A stretch of 45,974 nt of DNA from Lachnospiraceae bacterium (GTDB lineage: Bacteria > Bacillota > Clostridia > Lachnospirales > Lachnospiraceae): positions 1-45,974 of the forward strand of contig JAFPHE010000033.1 in NCBI GenBank assembly GCA_017388745.1. Reading direction: 5' to 3'. Of this stretch, positions 37,844-45,349 are shown one piece after another. Numbering within the stretch: the first letter of the stretch is position 1; each line of letters opens with the position of its first letter. The notes below the pieces were generated by a model, which had not been told where the DNA came from, did not search any database, and worked only from the letters and a program-made list of their open reading frames with translations. The position numbers and the translations under genes were made by a program.

Positions 37844-38926
37844 GTGAGCTATATCGTTCCAATAGGACCGTATCATCCGTCACTGGAAGAACCGGTCCAT
37901 GCGAGACTGATCACTGACGGCGAGCTCATCAGCGATGCGGAAGTATTCATCGGATACAACCACCGCGGCATTGAGAAGCTCTGCATGGAGAGAAACTTCA
38001 TTCAGACGCTGGTCCTGGTAGAGCGTGTCTGCGGCATCTGCTCGCATTCCCATGCCATGACCTATGCGATGACCCTTGAGTCTATTTCAGGCATCAAGGT
38101 CCCGAAGAAGGGCCAGTACATGCGTGTCATCACCGCCGAGCTGGAGAGGCTTCATTCCCACTATCTGTGGCTGGGCATCGCACTCCACATCATCGGCCAC
38201 GACAGCCTGTTCATGCATACCTGGGATGACCGTGAAGCGATCATGGATATCCTTGAGGATCTTACCGGCAACCGTGTTAACTACGGCATGGTCACCTACG
38301 GCGGATCAAGAAGAGACGTTTCCGTAGAGCAGAAAGACCGTATCCTGAAGATGCTTGCCAAGATCGAAGACAGCCAGAACCGTCTCACCGAGTTCCTTCT
38401 TTCCGATAAGACCGTTGCGCTGCGTACACAGGGCGTCGGCGTTCTTACCACGGAAGATGCGATCCGTATCGGTGCGATCGGACCGCACGCACGTGCTTCG
38501 AACGTGCCGGTCGATGTCCGTATCGACGCTCCGTACAGCTGCTACGACGAGTTTGAGTTCAACAAGGCCGTATTCCCGACCTGCGATGTTTTCGCAAGAG
38601 TCGTCGTCCGCTGCCTTGAGAACATTGAAAGTATCAAGATCATCCGCCAGGCACTGGACAGCATGCCGGCAGGCCCCATCAATCTGGGCAACAAGATCCC
38701 GACCATCAAGCCGGGTGAGTATATGTGCAGACATGAGGCACCGCGCGGACAGCTTTCCTACAAGGTCGTTACCAACGGCACCGATAAGAACGAGCGTGTA
38801 AGTATCCACGTTCCGACCTTCAAGAACGCGCCGACGATCCCGACCATGCTGAAGGGCAACTCCGTTGCAGACGCCGGACTGATCATCGCCTCCATCGACC
38901 CGTGCTTCAGCTGCATGGACAGATAA
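37844..38926 (+). CDS. Group 4 membrane-bound [NiFe]-hydrogenase large (catalytic) subunit, NuoD-like (MbhL/EchE-type)
   Basis: N-terminal Ni-Fe ligand motif RVCGICSHSH. C-terminal DPCFSCMDR sits at the very end of the protein. GPYHPSLEEP...IGYNHRGIEK is the NuoD-type N-terminus. GTG start preceded by GAAGGAGGA. Confidence 0.95.
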   Translation: MSYIVPIGPYHPSLEEPVHARLITDGELISDAEVFIGYNHRGIEKLCMERNFIQTLVLVERVCGICSHSHAMTYAMTLESISGIKVPKKGQYMRVITAELERLHSHYLWLGIALHIIGHDSLFMHTWDDREAIMDILEDLTGNRVNYGMVTYGGSRRDVSVEQKDRILKMLAKIEDSQNRLTEFLLSDKTVALRTQGVGVLTTEDAIRIGAIGPHARASNVPVDVRIDAPYSCYDEFEFNKAVFPTCDVFARVVVRCLENIESIKIIRQALDSMPAGPINLGNKIPTIKPGEYMCRHEAPRGQLSYKVVTNGTDKNERVSIHVPTFKNAPTIPTMLKGNSVADAGLIIASIDPCFSCMDR

Positions 38927-38934
38927 GGTAACCG

Positions 38935-39276
38935 ATGCACGAGCTGGTTATCGTCGAAGGGATCCTGGATGCAGTGATCCCGGAGGTCAAAAAGTACGAC
39001 GTTGAGAAGATCCTTTCGATCAGACTGAAGATCGGAGAGCTTTCGGGCGTGGTCCCGTCCTGTATCGAGGAGTATTTCGGGGTCGCCGCGAGAGGCACGA
39101 TCGCGGAAGGGGCGAAGATCATCATTGAGAAGACCCCCATCGAGATCGAGTGCAGGGACTGCGGATTCAAAGGCAGGATCACCAAAGGCACCTACCGGTG
39201 TCCGAAATGTCAGAGCGCAGGCTTCAGGATCGTCTCAGGCAAGGAATATTATGTGGACTCAGTCGAGGCCGAATAG
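38935..39276 (+). CDS. hypA: Hydrogenase nickel-insertion protein HypA
   Basis: N-terminal MHE nickel-binding motif. Zinc site CRDC...CPKC. 113 aa. Confidence 0.9.
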   Translation: MHELVIVEGILDAVIPEVKKYDVEKILSIRLKIGELSGVVPSCIEEYFGVAARGTIAEGAKIIIEKTPIEIECRDCGFKGRITKGTYRCPKCQSAGFRIVSGKEYYVDSVEAE

Positions 39277-39302
39277 TTAAATTAATTTCAGGAGGTACAC
39301 CT

Positions 39303-39842
39303 GTGAAGAAAGCAAGTTCATCGGCGGTGTTATCTACAGCCATCGTATGTTATATCTTCTGGCTGGTGATAACAGGACAGATCGTATCGATCTTCCAAGG
39401 CGCTCCGTCCGTCCAGGTACTGATCGCGGGACTTGTGGTGAGTTTCCTGGTTGCTTTGTTCAGCGCACGCTTCTTCATCCATGAGAAGCCGTTCTATCTG
39501 CTGGGCAAGCTTCCGAGCTATCTTTACTACTGTTTTGTGATCTTCCCGATCGAGCTGTGGAAGGCAAATGTCGACGTTGCAAAGCGCGCACTTAACCCGT
39601 CACTGCCGGTCAACCCGGGCATCGTAAAGATCCCGAGCAACATGAAGTCTGAGTATGGAAGAGCAATGCTTGCAAACTCCATTACCCTGACCCCGGGAAC
39701 CATCACGATGGATATCACCGAGGAAGAGGGCCAGACCTACTACTACATCCACTGGATCGACGTAGCATCTTCCGATCCTGAGGAAGCAGGCGAAGCCATT
39801 AAGGGCACCTTAGAGAAATGGACAGGGAGGATTTGGGAATGA
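39303..39842 (+). CDS. MrpE/MnhE-like subunit (MbhA-type)
   Basis: Two N-terminal TM helices and the MnhE signature ANSITLTPGT. GTG 39303 is preceded by CAGGAGG; the ORF-track start at 39150 overlaps hypA. Confidence 0.85.
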   Translation: MKKASSSAVLSTAIVCYIFWLVITGQIVSIFQGAPSVQVLIAGLVVSFLVALFSARFFIHEKPFYLLGKLPSYLYYCFVIFPIELWKANVDVAKRALNPSLPVNPGIVKIPSNMKSEYGRAMLANSITLTPGTITMDITEEEGQTYYYIHWIDVASSDPEEAGEAIKGTLEKWTGRIWE

Positions 39843-40099
39843 TTATGCCAGAGTTACTGTTTTTCGCAGTTTGCTTCATCGTTCTGGCTCTCTGTCTCTT
39901 ATTCAGACTGATCCAGGGCCCGAGCGTTGTGGACAGAGCCGTTACGGCGGACAGCATCGATATCCTTAGCGATATGGCGCTGATCCTGTTCGCACTTTAT
40001 TCCGGAAGATCCGTTTTCCTTGACATCGCATTTATCACCGCGATCCTCGGATTCATCGGTTCGACCATCGTTGCACGTTATCTGGAGGGAAGGCTATGA
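39839..40099 (+). CDS. MrpF/MnhF-like subunit (MbhB-type)
   Basis: About 86 aa with three hydrophobic helices, and the MnhF-like pattern IQGPSVVDRAVTADSI. ATGA overlap with the upstream gene. RBS GGGAGGA. Confidence 0.75.
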   Translation: MIMPELLFFAVCFIVLALCLLFRLIQGPSVVDRAVTADSIDILSDMALILFALYSGRSVFLDIAFITAILGFIGSTIVARYLEGRL

Positions 40100-40437
40100 G
40101 AATCGTAATAGATATTTTGATCGTCATCAGCATTTTCTTCGCATTTGCAGGCGTTGTAGGCATGCTCCGTATGCCCGATTCCTTCTGCAGAATGCAGTCC
40201 AGCACCAATATCGCCACTCTTGGCGTACTGGGAGTTATTATTGCCGGCGTACTGTATGCAGCCTTCTACCTTCATGACGGCGCGATGGCAGTGAAGCTGG
40301 TATTCATGGGTATTTTCTACATCATCACCAACCCGATCGCGGGTCATGCGATCTGCCGCGGCGGATATAAGCATGGCGTCCGTCCGACCAAGAAGTATGA
40401 GGTAGACAAATACGGAGAGGATATGGTGGAAGAATAA
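40096..40437 (+). CDS. MrpG/MnhG-like subunit (MbhC-type)
   Basis: FFAFAGVVGMLRMPDSFCRMQSSTNIATLG matches the MnhG pattern (G..G..R.PD.. R.H). ATGA overlap. Confidence 0.8.
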   Translation: MRIVIDILIVISIFFAFAGVVGMLRMPDSFCRMQSSTNIATLGVLGVIIAGVLYAAFYLHDGAMAVKLVFMGIFYIITNPIAGHAICRGGYKHGVRPTKKYEVDKYGEDMVEE

Positions 40438-40694
40438 TGAACGTCATGATCCTTTTAAATACCTTGGTCATCATCGGTATTCTCGTGACAGCCGTCTGTG
40501 CCGTCATGTTTGAGAATATCCTGTCATCGGTCATCGCACTGGGTGTGACCGGCGCGCTCATGGCGCTCGAGTTCATCCTGCTGCAGGCACCGGATGTTGC
40601 GATCGCTGAGGCAGCGGTAGGCGCAGTCCTTTCCACCGCCATCTTCGTTATCGCCGTCAAGAAGACTACGCCGAAGGAGGAGGAAGAGAAATGA
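40437..40694 (+). CDS. MbhD-like small membrane subunit (DUF4040 / MrpA-C-terminal or MrpB-related)
   Basis: 85 aa with three TM helices. Contains LQAPDVAIAEAAVGA, typical of the MbhD/MnhB N-domain. TAATG overlap. Confidence 0.7.
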   Translation: MNVMILLNTLVIIGILVTAVCAVMFENILSSVIALGVTGALMALEFILLQAPDVAIAEAAVGAVLSTAIFVIAVKKTTPKEEEEK

Positions 40695-41047
40695 AAAGAA
40701 CCCTTACAGTTATGTCTCTTCTGGTGATCCTGGTATGCGGAATCTTTGCCGGACGCTATGCGTATGACAACATTCCCGTCACCTATGACGGAAGAGAAGT
40801 GAACGTTGTAGACCTCTACAACAATCCGACCGTATATGATGAGAGCAACCCGGACGGCGTAGCCGACGTCATCGTCAAGGAAAACCTCGAAAAGACCATG
40901 GCAGCGAACAACGTTGCAGCAGTCGTCTTCGACTTCCGTGGATACGATACTCTGGGCGAGTCCTTCATCCTGCTGACCGCGATCGCCGGATCCTTCGTGA
41001 TCTTAAGCCGCGGCCACAAGAAAGAAGAGAAGGGAGGCGAAGCATAA
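40691..41047 (+). CDS. MbhE-like membrane subunit (MnhB-related)
   Basis: One N-terminal TM helix, then VVFDFRGYDTLGESFILLTAI, the MnhB-type DxRGxDTLGE motif. ATGA overlap. Confidence 0.7.
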   Translation: MKRTLTVMSLLVILVCGIFAGRYAYDNIPVTYDGREVNVVDLYNNPTVYDESNPDGVADVIVKENLEKTMAANNVAAVVFDFRGYDTLGESFILLTAIAGSFVILSRGHKKEEKGGEA

Positions 41048-41655
41048 TGAAGTTTAAGGACGGAATCAAAGAACAGAACGTCATTATCAAGTGCGGCGCC
41101 GATAAGTTCCTTCCCTTCGCACTTACCTTCGGTATCTATATCATCCTGTTCGGAACCGTATCTCCGGGCGGAGGATTCCAGGGCGGTGTCTGCGTGGCAT
41201 CCGGAGCCCTGCTCCTGTATCTCGGCTACGGCTACAACATCGCCACCAGGGCGATCAACACCGAAGTCCTTCGTATCAATGAGGCGATCGGTGCATCCCT
41301 TTATGTTATCCTTGGTCTCCTTGGTATCGCATTCGGTCTCAACTTTGCCCGCAACATATTCTTCGATATGGGCAATGTCGGCGACCTGCTTTCCGCCGGT
41401 ACCATCACTTTCATGGGCTATGCAGTAGGCTACAAGGTCCTCTGCGGCGTCGGCTTCCTGCTTCTCCTGATGCTCGGACTTCTGGCTCCGGACCCGGATG
41501 ATGCGGATGCTGTTCCCGCGCTTGAGGCGGCAGCACCGGCTGAGCTTCCCCTGGAAGAGACCGCAAATGCAGTCCTTGAGAGCGCAGCACCCGCAGCTGA
41601 GGCAGTTCCTGCAGCAGCGGAAGCTGCAGCAGCAGTAAAGGAGGAGGCAGAATGA
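41047..41655 (+). CDS. MbhF-like membrane subunit (MnhB domain) with a low-complexity Ala/Glu/Pro C-terminal tail
   Basis: PGGGFQGGV MnhB signature and four hydrophobic helices. The last ~55 aa are Ala/Glu/Pro-rich. TAATG overlap upstream, ATGA overlap downstream. Confidence 0.75.
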   Translation: MKFKDGIKEQNVIIKCGADKFLPFALTFGIYIILFGTVSPGGGFQGGVCVASGALLLYLGYGYNIATRAINTEVLRINEAIGASLYVILGLLGIAFGLNFARNIFFDMGNVGDLLSAGTITFMGYAVGYKVLCGVGFLLLLMLGLLAPDPDDADAVPALEAAAPAELPLEETANAVLESAAPAAEAVPAAAEAAAAVKEEAE

Positions 41656-42011
41656 TCATAGTAAATTATATCGCTTCTATCATACTGATCGTCCTCGGAC
41701 TGTACGCAGTATGCACCAAGAAGAACCTGATCAAAGTAGTCCTTGGCCTCGGCATCGTCGATTACGGCGTAAACATGCTGATCGTAAGCCTTGGATTTAA
41801 CGATGGCGGTACCGCTCCGATCTATCAGATGTCTGACCTTCTGAACGGCGTGGCTCCTCACTTCTTTGTAGACCCGGTGCCGCAGGCACTGACACTGACC
41901 AGCATCGTCATCGGCGCCTGCGTAGACGCTATGGCACTGTCACTGGTCATCATGATCTACAGGAAGTATAAGTCCATCAATGCAGATGACGTAAGGAGGT
42001 TGCACGGATGA
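41652..42011 (+). CDS. MrpC/NuoK-like subunit (MbhG-type)
   Basis: 119 aa with three TM helices. LIKVVLGLGIVDYGVNMLIV resembles NuoK/MnhC. Confidence 0.8.
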   Translation: MIIVNYIASIILIVLGLYAVCTKKNLIKVVLGLGIVDYGVNMLIVSLGFNDGGTAPIYQMSDLLNGVAPHFFVDPVPQALTLTSIVIGACVDAMALSLVIMIYRKYKSINADDVRRLHG

Positions 42012-43918
42012 TACAGCATTTTCCGGTATTAGCCGTTATGCTCCTGTTCCTGGGCGCGTTCTGTGTTGAGATCTTCGGATCCAACAATGCAGGCATCCGG
42101 AACACGATCGCTATGCTGGCGGCAACCATTGCACTCGTACTTATTTATGCCCTGATCAAGCCCGTTATGATCGACGGCGAGATCATCAGTTCCTGGATGG
42201 GTAACTGGGCACCCGTATCCGGCTATGCCATCGGTATCGGTTATGAAGTCGATGCGCTCAGCCTGTTCTTTGCCCTGCTGGTAGTCACCACTTTCTGGCT
42301 CAGCGGCGTTTACTCCATGAGCTATATGGCAAAGGACCATCATCTCGGACATTACTACACCCTGTACCTGATGCTTTCCGGTTCTGTACTCGGTCTTGTA
42401 ATGACGGGTGACGTCTTCAATATGTTCGTCATGGTCGAGATCATGACCTTTGCGTCTGTCGCGCTGACCGCATTCCGCAATGAGAATGAAGGCACCCTCG
42501 AGGCAGGCTTCAAGTATCTGGTCATCGGTTCCATGGGTTCATCCTTCACGCTTACCGGTATCGCCCTGATCTACGGTCAGTGCCATACCCTGAACATGGC
42601 GCAGATCAGCGCTCAGCTCTGCACCGGCATGACCCCGACCACCATCATGGCATTTGCCCTGATCGTTGCGGGCTTCGGCGTCAAGAGCTATATCGTACCG
42701 TTCCATACTCCGGCGGCTGATGCTTACATGGTCGCTCCGACCTCTGTTTCCATGATCTTCTCAGGCATGGTCAACAAGGCCGGCGTATACGGCATGATCA
42801 GAGTGCTCTACATCATTTTCAGAGCGATGGACAAGTCCTCCGTACAGATGCTCGTTGTCATCTTCGGTGCGGTCACCATGTTCATCGGCGTCACCATGGC
42901 GCTTGCACAGCATGACTTCAAACGTCTGCTTGCATTCCACTCCATTTCCCAGATCGGTTATGTTATCACTGCGATCGGTCTCGGAAGCGCGCTGGGCATC
43001 ACCGGCGGCCTGTTCCATGCCATGAACCACACCCTGTTCAAGGGTCTGCTGTTCCTGACTGCAGGCGCTGTCCTGTATGCTACCGGCACCACCAACCTTG
43101 ACAAACTCGGCGGTCTTTCCAAGAAGATGCCGAAGACCTGCATCTGCTTCCTGATCGGTGCATTCTCCATCTCGGGTCTGCCGCCGTTCAACGGATTTGT
43201 TTCCAAGTGGCTTGTTTACCAGGCGACTTATACCAAGGCAGTAGAGAGCGGAAACTTTGTTTACGCAATCGTTACAGTCGTTGCGCTGATCGTTTCCGTC
43301 ATGACCCTGGCATCCTTCATCAAGGTCACCCAGGCAGTCTTCTTCGGCCAGCTTCCCGCTGAACTCAAGAAGACCCAGGAGGCTCCGGCTTCCATGCTTG
43401 TTCCGATGTACATCATGTCTGCACTCTGCGTGCTTTGCGGCATTTTCTACCCGATCGTGAACAAGTACCTGCTTCATCCGGCTACCGAGGCCACGCTCAA
43501 TGTTACCAACTACATCGACAGGATGATGGGCGACGGCTATGCAGCTATGATGGGCGCACAGAACATCGAAGTTGCTCCGGTACAGTTCAGCTACTGGAAC
43601 CCGATCGTATGGCTGATCCTCTTCGTGGTCATCTTTATCGCGGCGTTCATCGTGATCACCGGATCAAAGAGCAGCAGAGGACAGATCCTCAATCCGGGTG
43701 TCAAGTACGATCCCAAGTACGCTACCTTCTTCTCAGGTGAAGAGGAGCTCTTCTCACAGGTCGGAGGTTCTGATCTGTTCTGGGGCTTCAAGACAGACTG
43801 GAAGGGCTACTACAAGGTCCTTGAAGGCCTTCACAGCGGTATCGTTACGGATTATGCCGGCTGGACAGTCATGGCAACTGCGATCATCACCATTTGTATG
43901 TTTATCTTTATGCGTTAA
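42008..43918 (+). CDS. MrpD/NuoL-M-N-like antiporter-type subunit (MbhH-type) with a C-terminal TM-amphipathic-TM extension
   Basis: 636 aa. Proton-conducting membrane transporter core (LMLSGSVLGLVMTGDVFNMFVMVEIMTFASV, HTPAADAY, FSGMVNKAGVYG, FHSISQIGY, HTLFKGLLFL). Confidence 0.9.
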   Translation: MIQHFPVLAVMLLFLGAFCVEIFGSNNAGIRNTIAMLAATIALVLIYALIKPVMIDGEIISSWMGNWAPVSGYAIGIGYEVDALSLFFALLVVTTFWLSGVYSMSYMAKDHHLGHYYTLYLMLSGSVLGLVMTGDVFNMFVMVEIMTFASVALTAFRNENEGTLEAGFKYLVIGSMGSSFTLTGIALIYGQCHTLNMAQISAQLCTGMTPTTIMAFALIVAGFGVKSYIVPFHTPAADAYMVAPTSVSMIFSGMVNKAGVYGMIRVLYIIFRAMDKSSVQMLVVIFGAVTMFIGVTMALAQHDFKRLLAFHSISQIGYVITAIGLGSALGITGGLFHAMNHTLFKGLLFLTAGAVLYATGTTNLDKLGGLSKKMPKTCICFLIGAFSISGLPPFNGFVSKWLVYQATYTKAVESGNFVYAIVTVVALIVSVMTLASFIKVTQAVFFGQLPAELKKTQEAPASMLVPMYIMSALCVLCGIFYPIVNKYLLHPATEATLNVTNYIDRMMGDGYAAMMGAQNIEVAPVQFSYWNPIVWLILFVVIFIAAFIVITGSKSSRGQILNPGVKYDPKYATFFSGEEELFSQVGGSDLFWGFKTDWKGYYKVLEGLHSGIVTDYAGWTVMATAIITICMFIFMR

Positions 43919-43933
43919 GGGGAGGGAAGGAAA

Positions 43934-44884
43934 ATGATTATATTGAGAAGTTTATTCTACATCCTGATTTTCCCGGGCGCACTGTTTACAGCCTGCTTCG
44001 GGCTGTTCCTCACAGGCGTTGACCGCAAGGTCGTAGCCCGCATGCAGCATCGTATCGGACCGCCGTTAAGACAGCCCATGTACGATTTCTTCAAGCTGCT
44101 CGGCAAAGAGACCATCATTCCGCACGCTGCCAACAAGATCGCATTCCTTGGCGCGCCGATCATCGGTTTCGTCAGCCTTGCCCTGATCATGCTCTTCATC
44201 CCGGTCGGCGGACTGACCGCTTTCTCCGGAAACGCGGACATGATCGTTATCCTTTACCTCATCACGATCCCGGGCGTTGCCCTGATCGTAGGCGGTTCCT
44301 CCTCAGGTTCCCCGTATGCCGGCATCGGTATCTCCCGTGAGATGGTCACCATGATGGCATATGAGCTTCCGTTCGTACTGGTCCTTCTGGCAGTTGCCAG
44401 AAAGGCAGGCGGCAGCGAGCTGGCATTCTCCATGGAAAAGGTAGCCGAATGGCAGGCAGCCAACGGCAATATGCTGTTCCAGTGGAGCATGATCCCGGCA
44501 GCGATCGCCATGCTTCTGGTCGTTCCGGCTGAAGTCGGCACCCAGCCTTTCGATGTAGCGGAAGCGGAGACAGAGATCTGTGAAGGTCCACTGATCGAGT
44601 ACAGCGGTTCTGCGCTCGGCATGTTCAAGCTGAACACTGCGATGAAGATGTTCGTCATGTCCGGACTCTTTGTCTCCCTGTTCCTGGGCGGCATCCGTAC
44701 CGGATTCGCAGTCTGCGACGTCATCGTATTCATCCTGCTCTGCATTGTCGTGACCATCATCTGTATGTCTACGACCCATGCCGTCACTGCACGTCTGAAG
44801 ATCGAACATCTGTTCAAGTTCTACTGGACATTTGTGGCAGGCATGGCGCTCTGCAGCCTGATCCTTGTATGGTGCGGCTTATAA
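43934..44884 (+). CDS. NuoH-like membrane subunit (MbhM / EchB / HycD-type)
   Basis: DRKVVARMQHRIGPP N-terminal NuoH signature and the PFDVAEAETE motif. 316 aa with about 8 TM helices. Confidence 0.9.
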   Translation: MIILRSLFYILIFPGALFTACFGLFLTGVDRKVVARMQHRIGPPLRQPMYDFFKLLGKETIIPHAANKIAFLGAPIIGFVSLALIMLFIPVGGLTAFSGNADMIVILYLITIPGVALIVGGSSSGSPYAGIGISREMVTMMAYELPFVLVLLAVARKAGGSELAFSMEKVAEWQAANGNMLFQWSMIPAAIAMLLVVPAEVGTQPFDVAEAETEICEGPLIEYSGSALGMFKLNTAMKMFVMSGLFVSLFLGGIRTGFAVCDVIVFILLCIVVTIICMSTTHAVTARLKIEHLFKFYWTFVAGMALCSLILVWCGL

Positions 44885-44902
44885 TTGAGGAGGTAAGAAA
44901 GA

Positions 44903-45349
44903 ATGTTTAATAAATTAATTAACGACAGCGCTTCGAAATCTCCCTGGCTCTACCATATCAACTCCGGCTCATGCAACGGCTGCGATATCGAGCTGGTTGC
45001 ATGCCTGACTCCCCGTTATGATGCCGAGCGTTTCGGCTTCAAGCTGGCAGGTACCCCGAGACACGCGGATATCGTTGTCGTGTCCGGTCCGGTCACTTCC
45101 CAGTCCAAGGAGAGACTGATCCGTACTCTGGCACAGGTGCCGGAACCCAAGTGTGTCGTATCCTTAGGTTCCTGCCCGAAGTCAGGCAATGTTTTCAAGG
45201 GCAGCTATTCCGTTGAAGCTCCGCTGGATGACTACTGCCATGTCGACGTATCCGTCGCTGGCTGCACCCCGAAGCCGGAAGCAATCATGGAAGGCCTTTA
45301 CAAGGCAGCCCTGATTTTGAAAGAGAAGAGGGAGGCGATGCACAAATGA
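44903..45349 (+). CDS. [NiFe]-hydrogenase small subunit, NuoB-like (MbhJ/EchC-type)
   Basis: Four Cys for the proximal 4Fe-4S cluster: GSCNGCDIE, GSCP, GCTPKPE. Confidence 0.9.
   Translation: MFNKLINDSASKSPWLYHINSGSCNGCDIELVACLTPRYDAERFGFKLAGTPRHADIVVVSGPVTSQSKERLIRTLAQVPEPKCVVSLGSCPKSGNVFKGSYSVEAPLDDYCHVDVSVAGCTPKPEAIMEGLYKAALILKEKREAMHK

Noticed and set aside
39303-42011. The Mrp-like genes considered as an independent Na+/H+ antiporter operon merely adjacent to a hydrogenase.
   Set aside because: - There is no MrpA-type large subunit.
- The genes are sandwiched between hydrogenase catalytic genes (large subunit/hypA upstream; NuoH-, NuoB- and NuoI-like downstream).
- They are joined to them by short gaps and start/stop overlaps.
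- Independence remains formally testable; see the first finding.
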